From positions 2,294,001-2,358,000 of the forward strand of contig OZ218958.1 in the NCBI GenBank assembly GCA_965112735.1: 64,000 bases of DNA. Reading direction: 5' to 3'. Position 1 is the first letter of the stretch. Each line of letters starts with the position of its first letter. Made by a program: the position numbers and the translations under genes. The stretch comes from Phaeosaccion multiseriatum. Taxonomy: Eukaryota > Protista > Ochrophyta, other classes. Shown piece after piece: positions 43,901 through 55,200 of this stretch. The notes below the pieces were generated by a model. The model was not told the DNA's origin, did no database searches, and saw only the letters and a program-made list of their open reading frames with translations.

Positions 43901-45484
43901 TATATGGGGTATGTGGGGTTATATGGGGTTATGTGGGGTTATATGGGTTATGGGCTATGTGGGGTTATATGGGTTATGTGGGATGCGCAGAGTTCGGCGT
44001 GGATGTAATGATGTCGGCACACAATGTCGAGACCGAAGAGGAGCTTTTCGATATTTTGATCGCCTACGCCAAGCAGGCCCTGGAGAGGTTCAGCAGCGTG
44101 CAGGTGAGGGAGTGAGTGAGTGAGTGAGTGAGTGTGTGGGTGAGTGAGTGAGTGAGTGAGTGAGTGAGTGAGTGAGTGAGTGAGTGAGTGGGTGGGTGGG
44201 TGGGTGAGTGAGTGAGTGAGTGAGTGTGTGGGTGAGTGAGTGAGTGAGTGAGTGAGTGAGTGGGTGAGTGAGTGAGTGAGTGAGTGAGTGGGTGAGTGAT
44301 TGAGTGAGTGGGTGAGTGATTGAGTGAGTGGGTGAGTGAGTGAGTGAATGAGTTGGTAAGAGAGTGAGTGAGTGAGTGAATGAGTGAATGAGTGAGTGAG
44401 TGAGTGAGTGAGTGGTTGAGTTGAGTTGAGCAGGTGAGTGAGTGAGTGAGTGAGTGGGTGGGTGGGCGAGTGGGTGCGAGACAGCAGGGAAGGGAAAGAG
44501 CCGCCTATGTGTGTGTGTATGTGGGAGAGAGTGTGTGTGTAAGTGAGAGAGAAAGAGAGTGTGTGTGTAAGTGAGAGAGAGAGAGTGTGTGTGTAAGTAT
44601 GTATATGAGCGTGTCGATGCTCCTACTATACCACCAACTCCTGTATCCCCTCCCCCCTCACAACACCCCCAAACACCCCCAAACACCCCCAAACACCCCC
44701 AAACACCCCCAAACACCCCCAACACACCCCCCCAACACACCCCACCCCTCCCAGGACAAGACCAGCCGTGTGCTCGGCGGCGGTGTGGGTAACCGCTGGG
44801 CCTCTCGCCTCAAGCCCACGGCCACCTACCTGTCGAAGACGGTGCTGGCTGAGTCCGGCCTACCGGAGGAGCGTTTCATGCTGAGGGCAGGGGTTGTAGA
44901 GGCCTTTGCCAGACAGGTGGGGGGGGGGGGGGTCACTGACTTACTGGCGGCGGAGGTGGGAGGGTGGCTGGCGGACGGACGGACGGACTGACTGACTGAC
45001 TGACTGACTGGCCGACTTGACTGACTCACGAAACGAAAGGAACGAACGAATGAACGACGGAACGCACGCACGCACGCACCACGCACGCATTCACGCTCTC
45101 ACTCACTCATTCATTCACCCCCTCCCCACACCCCCGTCCCTCCCCTCTCTTCCCTCTCTCCCCTGACTTGTGAAGGTGGTGATTAAGTTAATGGAGGACA
45201 CGATGCGTTTCTGTCGTAAGGATGTGCAAGACGCCGTCAAGGAATTACTCGCCTTCTCCAGGCAGGGGGGGGCAAGTGTAGCCGTTGGTGATACGGCAGT
45301 GTTTTATAATGCAGATGGTGCGGTACCCGCGGTGAGCAGGGGTGGACCGGAGGCGGTGATTCAGCAGCAGCAGTTGGTGATACAGCAGATGCAGAAGGTC
45401 ATCAAGCAGCAGCAGGAGCAGCTACGGACGCAAAAGGAGCTGCACAAGCAGGCCACCAAAAGCAGCAGCAGCAGGAAGGCTTGA
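38477..45484 (+). CDS. M1PDH: Mannitol-1-phosphate 5-dehydrogenase (algal M1PDH type) with a plastid-type bipartite presequence
   Basis: Exons 38477-38761, 38973-39082, 39740-39826, 40598-40684, 40965-41069, 41568-41668, 42465-42541, 42765-42899, 43322-43475, 43991-44103, 44755-44916, 45176-45484. Motifs [38 protein letters not shown]; presequence VKA-FTP. Confidence 0.88.
39786..40093 (+). repeat. Five tandem copies of the last ~41 nt of M1PDH exon 3 plus donor (and a 29-nt intron stub in some copies)
   Basis: GTTAACGGAxxGGTRGTGGCCGACAAxGTTRTAGTCATTAG|GTG starts at ~39786, 39857, 39907, 39978 and 40024. Confidence 0.9.
40314..40580. repeat. 21-bp minisatellite (CCCCATCCACTNCCATCCTCT), about 12 copies, just before an acceptor
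   Basis: Read directly; the unit contains motif A in its C-rich form. Confidence 0.9.
41867..42370. repeat. ~27-bp minisatellite (GATGGATGGCAGTGGATGGATCATACA)
   Basis: Read directly; the unit contains motif A in its G-rich form. Confidence 0.9.
44104..44465. repeat. (GTGA)n microsatellite starting at a splice donor
   Basis: Read directly from the sequence. Confidence 0.9.
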
Positions 45485-46107
45485 TAGATAGAGGAAAGGA
45501 GAGGAGTGAATAGAGAGGGAGAAGGAAGGCGGCTCGTGTGAGAGACGGATGGACAAGTCAGGCACAGTGCCAAGGCTGCCATGTTGAACAGAACAGAACA
45601 GGGAGGGGGTTGTGCTTGATGCTCTCCCCACAGCTTCAGGAGCAGCAGCAGGAGCAGTGGCAGAGAGGGACGGAGAGGGAGAGTGGGGTAGAGAGAGACA
45701 GAGGGTGAGCGACAGAGAGAGAGAGGCAGAGAGAGAAAGACGAGAGAGAGTGAGATAGAGAGTGAAAGAGGGAGATGGAGAAAGAGAGAAAGAGGCAGAG
45801 AGAGAGAGTGAAAGAGAGAGATGGAGAAAGAGAGAAAGAGAGAGAGGCAGAGAGAGAGATGGAGAAAGAGAAAGAGAGGGAAAGACACAGAGAGAGCTAC
45901 AGATATACTACTTACGTAAGTATAACAATGGATATAGGGTATAACAGTGAGGAACGCACTGGTCACGGGGTTAGTGCAGGCATATGGGATAGGCGTGCAG
46001 GGGGGAGGGAGGGACGGAAGGAGCAGCAGCAGGACCAAACAATTATCTTTGTAAGTACTTAACGAAGTTAATTTTTTTCTGAGATGATGTAGTGATGCTA
46101 CAATCAA

Positions 46108-46139
<32 letters not shown>

Positions 46140-46190
46140 TGAGTGAGTGTGTGTGTCCCCACCCCCCATCCACTGCCATCCCCCCCTCCG

Positions 46191-47025
46191 CTAGAGGAGT
46201 CTCTCCCCCTCCTCTCCAAGGGCTCCTGGTACTCTGTACACAAGTGATCCCGTCACCCCCCCGGGCCCCCCTCCCCCCCCCCCTCCTCCTCCTCCTCCTG
46301 CTCCTCCTGCTCCTCCTCCTCCTCCTCCTCCTCCTCCTCCTCCTCCTCCTCCTCCTCCAAGCAAAGGTGTCTTACTATTCCCCTCCCTCCCCTCCGTCTG
46401 TTCTCCTTCGTCAACTGCCATCGCCCCCCTGCCCTCCTCCTCCCCACCCCCTGCCTGATGGACCGCCAATGTTGCCGCAGTAGCAGCAACCCTCGCCATG
46501 GAGAACGATAAGCCCGCCCCGCCTCCACCTCCCTCCCCTCCCAGCCCCCCTCCCGTGAAGGACAGCCCCAAGGCCTTGCTACGAAGGCGCATTTGCCTGA
46601 GGTCTCGGAGACGTTTTCGATTGTCCATTCGTCGCTGAGCTTCGGCATCGAGAGTGGCGCTGTCCATGTTGTTATCGTCGTCGTCGTCCATCTGGTGTGT
46701 CGAGGGGAGGGAGGAGAGGGAGGGGAGAGAAGGAGGGGAGGGAGGAGAGGGAGGAGAGGGAGGGGAGGGAGGAGAGGGAGGGGAGAGAAGGAGGGGAGAG
46801 AGGAGAGGGAGGAGAGGGAGGGGAGGGAGGGGAGAGAAGGAGGGGAGGGAGGAGGGAGAGGCAGGGAGGGAAGTAGGAAAGAGGGAGGGAGGGAGGGAGG
46901 GGGAGAATAGAGGTAGAGATGGAGAGAGAGGAAGAGTGTGAGAGGGTAATGGTGATGTATGGAGGACATCTGCCCGGAAGCAGCAGGAGTTGGTGATGCA
47001 GACACCATCTCGCAGGTGCGTGTGG

Positions 47026-47065
<40 letters not shown>

Positions 47066-50000
47066 GCGTGTGCGCTTTTGGTTGCGTGTGTGTGTGTTTG
47101 TGTGTGGGTGCGTGTGTGTGCGTGCGTCCCTGTACCCACCCCTTCCCCCCCCCAACTTCGCTTACCTGCGTGAGCACAACGTGAGGATCCCCGGGATTCT
47201 TCTCTCCGTAATAGAGCAGCACGGATGCGTCCTCGGCATATCTATGGGAAGTCAATGAAAGACAGTAAGGCAATGATCAGTTCGTCATGTAAGTCAATGA
47301 GCCATGGACTGCCGCCTTTATTAGAACTACGAAAAGATGGAAAGAAGGAAGGAAGGAAGGAGGGCAGGGAGACAGAAAGAAAGAAAGAAAGGAAGGAAGG
47401 ATGTCCATGGATATAAACACTAATAACGTAATGAGCTCGGGAAGCCAACGGAAACGAACGATCAACATACAACATGCAAACATACCCGGCCAACAGCAAC
47501 AACACCACACAACAACACCTCATCAACACCACATCAGCACCTCATCAACACACATACGACATCCACCCAACATACCCTGCCAAGGCCACGACGTGTTGTG
47601 AGGGATGCCACGCCACATCCCTGAGGACACAGTTCAGTCCAAGGTGCTGGAGCCTGCAGCGCACTCGACGGCCTGATGATGCTTCCCACACGTGCACCTG
47701 TTGGTTATATGAGGGGGGGGGGGGGGAGGGAGGGGAGGGAGAGAGTGAGTTGAATAAGAGAGGAAGGAGAGGGAGAGAGAGGAGGGGGAGAGGGAGAGGG
47801 GAGAGGGAGAGGGAGGGAGGGGGAAAGGCACTGATGACTCACCCTCCCGTCCTCGGAGCCCGCCAGCACGAAACGTCCGTCGGGACTGAAGCGAGCGCGG
47901 ACAAGGTGAGACTCCACACTTCCCCCGGGGTAGCCGGAGTTCACCTGTGTGTGTGTGTGTGTGTGTGCGTGTGTGTGTGTGTGTGAGTGTGCGTGTGTGT
48001 GCGTGTGTGTGTGTGGGTGGGTGCGTGTGCGTGTGCGTGTGCGTGTGCATTTTGTATGATGACATCGATTGGTTTGGAAAAGAGGGGTGGGGGAGATGGC
48101 AGTGCATTAGGGCAGCAGTGGATGGATGGCAATGGATGGATGGCAATGGATGGATAGCAATGGATGGATAGCAATGGATGGATAGCAATGGATGGATGGC
48201 AATGGATGGATCGCGTGGGCTCGCCATTCACAGTGTGAGGGGGCAGGGATTGAAAGTCACCAGTGAGTGACGAGGGGGGGGGGGTTGAAAGTCACCAGTG
48301 AGTGACGTTGCCAGTCACAGTGAGAGAGAAAGAGAGAGAGCAAGAAATGATGATACCGTGGGGGCAGGGATTGAAACTCAAACTCCAACTCCAACTCCAT
48401 ACGGTACTGAAGATAAAGCTCAAGCTAAAGCTAAAGCTCCAACTCAAACTCAAACTCCATCTCCATACTGTACTGAACCTGAAGCTGAAGCTAAAGAACA
48501 ACATACACACTGTACTGGAACCTGAAGCTAAAGCTCAAAGCTCAAAGCTCAAACTCACCAGATGGTAGGAGCTAAGGTCGAACATGCGAAGCGTGCTGTT
48601 GTGAGCTTGCACAAGAAGGTGTGCTCGGATCCGTCGAGGGGAGATGCTCAGCGATGTGATGGCCAAGCCGGAGAGCTCTTTGTGTTGAAGCTTGCGGAGT
48701 ATGGTGTAGCTGGACGGGTTGTCAGCGGCCGAGCCCTGGAATTAGTTTTGGGGGGAAGGGGGAGGAGGAGGAGGCGGAGAGGGGAGGGAGAGGAGGAGGA
48801 GGAGGGAGAGGAAGAGGGGGAAGAGGAGGAGGAGGGGGAGGAGGAGGAGGAGGAGGAGGAGGAGGAGGAGGGGGAGGAGGGGGAGGAGGAGAAGGAGGAG
48901 GAGGAGGAGGAGGAGGAGGAGGAGGAGAAGGAGGAGGAGGAGGAAAAGGAGGCGAAAGAGGAGGAGGAGGAGGAGGAGGAAAAGGAGGAGAAGGAGGAGA
49001 AAGAAGAGGAGGAGGAAAAGGAGGAGGAGGAGGAGAAAGAGGAGGAGGAGGAAAAGGAGGAGAAAGAGGAGGAGGAGGAGGAGGAGGAGGAGGAGGAGGA
49101 GGATGAGGAGGAGGAGAAGGAGGAGGAGGAGGAGGAGGAGGAGGAGGAGGAGGAGGAGGAGGAGGAGGAGGAGGAGGAGGAGGAGGAGGAGGAGGAGGAG
49201 GAGGTGGCTGTCAGGCAAGGTACACACCCCTTCCCTCCTCGCCCCTCGCTCCCTCCAGCATGAGACAGCACTCCACATCCCCCCTCCGTGCCTTACCATT
49301 GACTGCCACGTCCTGCCTTCCTCCCCTCTCTTCCTTCCTCCTTCTCTCTCTTCCTCCTTCTCTCTCTTCCTCCATCCCTCCCTCCCTCCCTCCCTCCTCC
49401 CTCCCTCCCTCCGTCCCTCCCTCTCCCTTTGTATCACCAACCCCCTCACCTTCCTCCACACGAGAATCATGCCCTTGCCATCCCCTGAGTAGAGCCTCCC
49501 GTTGGGCACATCGTACACTAACGCGTTCACATGGCTGGGAATAGAGGAGGGGATGGATGGATGGCAGCGGATGGGCAGTGCATGGGGGAAGGAGGAGGGG
49601 ATGGTAGTGGATGGGGGAAGGGGGAGGGGATGGCAGTGAATGAGGGGACGTAGATAGCTATCTCTAGTACCCCCTTACCACACCTTTAACCCCCTCAACC
49701 GCCCATTACGGCACGAGAACGCCCGTTAACCCACCTCTCATGAATGGGTCTTCCTCCCAAGATGCCCAGCTGCACACTTGCTATTTGCCGGCCCCCCTTT
49801 GATGATGAGGGGGGGAGGGGTCCCGACAACCCACCACCTTCCCCCGCTCCTCCTCCTGCCCCTCCTCCTGCCCCTCCTCCTGCCCCTCCTCCTCCCCCCC
49901 CTCCCCCCCCCCCTCCGGGTGCTTGTGGGGGTGGTGGTAAGAGATCCCACAGCCGGAGGTTTCCGTCGTACGCCCCTGTCACCACCAGCCTACTCTGATA

Positions 50001-52201
50001 CGCCAGTTGTGAATTGTTGCCGTTGTTGGGGTGGTTGGGATTGAGATTGGGCATCGCGTCTCGGGCGGAGGAGGGCTCTCTTCCTCTCCCCACTTGGCCT
50101 CCTGCCTCTCGCGGGGTAGCGCTGCTGCTGCTTACCCCTCCCTCCCCTCCTCCATCCACTGCCATCCCTCCCCCTCCAACGAAGACAGGCATGGGGAGGA
50201 ACACAGCGGCGTACACGAAACAGGGTGGGGTGTGGAGGAGGTCTGACTGCAAGAAAGGGTTGTGCACCTGGGGGGGGGGGGGGATGGCAGTGGATGAGGG
50301 GAGGGGAGGGGAAGGGGAGGGGAGTAGAGAGGGGGTGAGGGGGACGTTGAGGGAGGGAAGTGTCTCTCCCTCTCCCCCTCTCTCTCTGTCTCAATCTCGC
50401 TTTCTGTCTCGCTCACTCTCCCTCCCCCTCTCTCTTTCCCTCTCTCCCTCCCTCCTTCCCTCCCTCCTCACCCCTCCCTCCCTCCCTCCCTCCCTCCCTC
50501 CTTCCCTCCCTCCCTCCCTCCCTCCCTCCCTCCTTCCCTCCCTCCCTCCCTCCCTCCCTCCCTCCCTCCCTCCCTCCCCTCCCCCTTCCCCTGCCTCTCC
50601 CACTTTCATGTCTCACCCTTGATTTGGTGCCCCTTGGGGTGTCTCTGTCTCGGTCTCTACTTCTTTCTCTCTCTCCATCTCGTGGGGTAGAGGTGTTGGA
50701 GGGGCCACGTCGAGGAGTCTCCATGACTGTTGGTGATACGGTGGGTGGTAAAGAAGTTGGTGGTACAGTAGAGGAATAGTAGATAGTGATACAGCAGGTG
50801 GCGGTACAGCAGTCAGTGATACAGTGATACCGCAACAGCTAGTGATACAGCAGTTGGTGATACATCTATAATGTGATAGCTGCTCAGAGGAGGCATATGG
50901 ACAGGCAGGCATGTGGGCAGGCAGACAGACCCTCACCATCTCGGCTCTTCCTCCTTGCGGCGACACTGGAGGGGGGGGAGGTGATGCGCCACACCTGACA
51001 AGCCACAGGGAACGAGAGGGAGAGAGAGGGAAGAGACACACACATACAGAGAGAGAGACACACGCACACATGGAGAGAGAGAGACGCAAAGAGTGAGAGA
51101 GAGGGAAGAGACACACACATACAGAGAGAGAGACACACGCACACATGGAGAGAGAGAGAGACGCAAAGAGTGAGAGAGAGGGGAGTGACACACACACAGA
51201 GAGAGGGGGAGAGAGGGAAGTGACACACACGCACAGAGAGAGAGAGACACACGCACACATGGAGAGAGAGAGAGACGCAAAGAGTGAGAGAGAGGGGAGT
51301 GACACACACACACACAGAGGGAGAGAGAGAGGCGCACGAACACAGAGAGACAAGAACACACATGCACACACACAAAGAGAGAAACAGACACGCACGCATG
51401 GGAGCGAAGGCGGGAGGGAGGAACAGTGCGGAGTTTGAGTACGCGTCAAGCACACACACAGCTAGGAGTGCTTATGAGCCTCCCCTGACCCCCCCAACCA
51501 CCTTGAAAGTTCCCTCCTTCCCGCCCTCCCTCCCTCTCTCCCTCCCTCCCTCCCTCCCTCCCTCCCTCCCTCCCTCCTTCCCTCCTTCCCTCCCTCCTTC
51601 CCTCCCTCCCTCACTCTCTCCCTCCCTCCCTCCCTCCCTCCCTCTCTCCCTCTCTCCCTCCCTCCCTCCTTACCTCCTTCCCTCCCTCCCTCCCTCCCTC
51701 TTTCCCGCCTTCCCTCCCTCCTTCCCTCCCTCTCTCCCTCCCTCCCTACCTCCCTCCCTCCCTCCCTCCCTCCTTCTCTCCCTCCCTCCCTCCCTACCTC
51801 CCTACCTCCCTCCCTCCCTCCGTCCCTCCGTCCCTCCTCCCCTCCTTACCTCCTTCTCTCCCTCCCCCCCTCCCTCCGTCCCTCCCTCCTACCTCCTTAC
51901 CTCCTTACCTCCTTCCCTCCCTCCCTCCCTCCCTCCGTCCCTCCCTCCATCTGTATCACCAACCTCCTCACCTTGGAAGTCCCATCTGCGGAGGCCGAAA
52001 GGAGCATGGAGTCATTCTCGCTCCACTGAAGGTCGTACACAACGCTTCGATGCCCCTCGAGTTCACACCGAGACTTGCCGGTTTCCGGGTCGATGAGGCG
52101 GATCGGGAATTGGCCTGATGGGGGCGGAGGAGGAGGAGGAGAAGGAGGAGGAGGAGGAGGAGGAGGAGGAGGAGGAGGAGGAGGAGGAGGAGGAAGAGGA
52201 G

Positions 52202-52233
<32 letters not shown>

Positions 52234-55200
52234 GGAGGAGGAGGAGGAGGAGGAGGAGGAACGCTAAGCGAAGGCCAGCTAAGCTGAGCTAGCTGGTTGG
52301 TCGGTCGGTCGATCTTCAAGTCGCAGAAATAGGTAGCCCCCCTGCTTCCCCCCTCCCCCTCCCCGCCTCTCCTCCCCTTCCCCCTCACCCCCCCCTCCCC
52401 TTCCTCTTCCCCTTCCTCTTCCCCTTCCTCTTCCCCCTCCCCCCCTTCCCCCCCCCCTTACTCCCTCAGTCACCTACCCACCTTGAACAGGCTCATCGCA
52501 GCATGCCACCGCCAACAAATGGCCGGAGTGACTGAAGGCCACGGTCATGGCCCCCCGGGGTCCCACATACAGCCTGGGTATGAGTAAGTCAGTGAATGAG
52601 TGAGTAAGTCCGTGCGTGAGAGAGTGAATGGGTGAGTAGTAAGTCAGTGAGTGAGGGAATGAGTAAGTCAGTGAGTGGGTGAATGGGGGAGGGAGAGAGT
52701 CAGTGCCTGGTGTCAGCCAGTCAGTCGATCAGTCAGTCGATCAGTCAGTCGATCAGTCAGTCAGTCAGTCAGTCAGTCAGTCAATCAGTCAGTCAGTCAG
52801 TCAGCCAGTCACGCCGTCAATGAATGACACAAGTCAATGAATCACAAATGTCAAAGAAGGACCTACCTGTGCATGAGACGCTGCGGAAGCACACACCCCT
52901 CAGAGGGGTCTCTAAGACGCTTCAGCCGCAGAGCAGACGCCGCCTGAGCATGCGCGAGAGGGCCCATGCCTCGGCTTCCTCCTCCTCCCCCTCCCCCTCT
53001 CCCTCCTCCTTCTACGCTCTTACGCCGAAGGTGCCCTGACTGACCAGAGCCGCCGGCCCCTCCTGATGTGAAGATGAGGTGAGGTGCAGGAGGGATGGGA
53101 GAGGAGGAGGAGGAGGAGGAGGAGGAGGAGGAGGAGGAGGAGGAGGAGGAGGAGGTGCAAGGCGATGTGAGTGATGGCTGCCGAGCGGTGGATAGAGGAT
53201 GGCAGCAGAGGGTAGCAGCAAAGGATCAAGCCAATCCAGAGAGGCGGCCTGTCTTTTGACCCTGCTCTGCTCATATGCCTCTACTCTGCTCAGTTTCAGT
53301 CTCAGTCTCAGCTTTAGCTCCATGTTCCGTTCCAATTTCAGTTTCAGTAAGCCGCCTGGTCCTGCCCTGTGCGCTGTGTCGCCAACTGCTGCTTCTACAC
53401 CACCAACTGCTGCTGTATCATCACCAATTCCTCTCCCTCACTCCTCTCCACTCCCTCCCTCCCTCCCTCCCTCCCTCCCACTACCTCCCACTCACCCGCA
53501 CCCCCTCCTCCAAGAGCCTCCCCTTGCCCGAGTGTGCGAAGGTCATCAAGCGTGATGTTGTGAGCCTCGACTTCGTGAGGAGCAGAGGGACGCCTCATGA
53601 CTGTGAGAGGGGCTCGACGGACGGAGGGGAAGACAGACACAGAGAGAGTGGACGGGTAGGGCTGGCGCCGGGCCATCAGATACTGTGGGGGGAGGGAGGG
53701 AGGGAGGGAGGGAGGGAGGGAGGGAGGGAGGGAGGGAGGGAGGGAGGAAGGGAGGGAGGGAGGGAGGGAGGGAGGGAGGGAGTGCAGAGTAGAATATGTT
53801 GAGAGAGGCGAAGGGAGGGCGGGAGTGGATGGACGGATTTGTGACAAAAAAGAGCAGACAGAGGCATACGAGTAACAGAGAGAGGCATGTCTACGAACAC
53901 ACACACATTTTGAACTTCGACTTGAAGAGCATTTCCACATCCCTCTTCTCTCTATCTCTCCTCCCTTCCCCCCCCCCTCCCCTTCTCCCTCTCCCTCCCT
54001 CCCTCTCTCCCTCCTACCCACCCTCCCCCTTCCCCTCCCCTCCCACCCTTCCCCTTCCCCTCCCCTCCCTCCCTCCCTCCCTCCCTCCCTCCCTCCCTCC
54101 CTCCCTCCCACCCTCCGTCCGTATCACCAACTCCCTTACCTGCAAGTAGACGGGAGGCACCTCCGGAGCGACTGGTGGAGGAGCAGTCTCGAGGCCCCGC
54201 CAACGTGCCTGCCACTTGGTCAGTCTGCCCGGCTTCTGATAATAGTACAACTGGAGCTTCGTTCCGCACTGCGACCAAGCCTTGAGAGGGCGTATGGACA
54301 GGCCCGTCGATGGGTCGATCCCTAGGCTAGGAGAGCAAGTCGCGGTGGTAGTGGTGGTAGCGCCACCTCCCCCGAGGGTCGATGATTGGAAGCTCCCACC
54401 GATGCGTGCACTGCTGTGTGTTATCGTTGTCATTTTCTTGCCGAAACTCGGGGCGTGCTCCCCTTCTCCTCCTCCTCCTCCTCCTCCTGCTCCTCCTCCT
54501 CCTCCTCCTCCTCCTCCTCCTCCTCCTCCTCCTCCTCCTCCTCCTCCTCCTCCTCCTCCTCCTCCGAAGGTTCTCTCAAGAGTGGCGGCCGCCTTGTCCC
54601 CTGCCCCCCTCCGAGGAGACATGACCTCCAGCGTGTCTGAGTGTGTGCCTGAGTGTGTGCCTGAGTGTGTGCCTGACTCTGACAGCAGTTGAGTGCGCGC
54701 TTTGTAATCTTCCTCGGGCCCCGGGGGACTCCGGGTTGCGATGTTCGCTTCTCCGTTCTGCGGCACGGCGTGAGAGAGGGAGAGAGAGAGTGCGCGGGTG
54801 TGTGTGAGAGAGATGGGGGAGGAGGAGAGAGAGAGAGGGAGAGGGAGAGACAAAAGAGGAAGAAACAGAGAAGAGAGAAGGCCACAAACCTGCCCGCCCC
54901 CGTATGTCTGAGCCTGCCCAGTCCTCTGTCCATATACCTGCCCAGTCCTCTGCCCATACACCTGCCCAGTCCTCTGTCCATATACCTGAGTCCTCTGCCC
55001 ATATACCCTGCCCAGTCCTCTGTCCATATACCTGAGTCCTCTGCGCATATACGTGTCCAGTCCTCTGTCCATATACCTGCCCAGTCCTCTGCCCATATAC
55101 CTGCCCAGTCCTCTGTCCATATACCTGAGTCCTCTGCCCATATACCCTGCCCAGTCCTCTGTCCATATACGTGAGTCCTCTGCCCATATACCTGTCCAGT

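Noticed and set aside
48302-48568. LKLKLQ-rich ORF
   Set aside because: It comes from a hexamer repeat in an AHI1 intron; similar tracts lie at 21365-21440 and 53290-53345.
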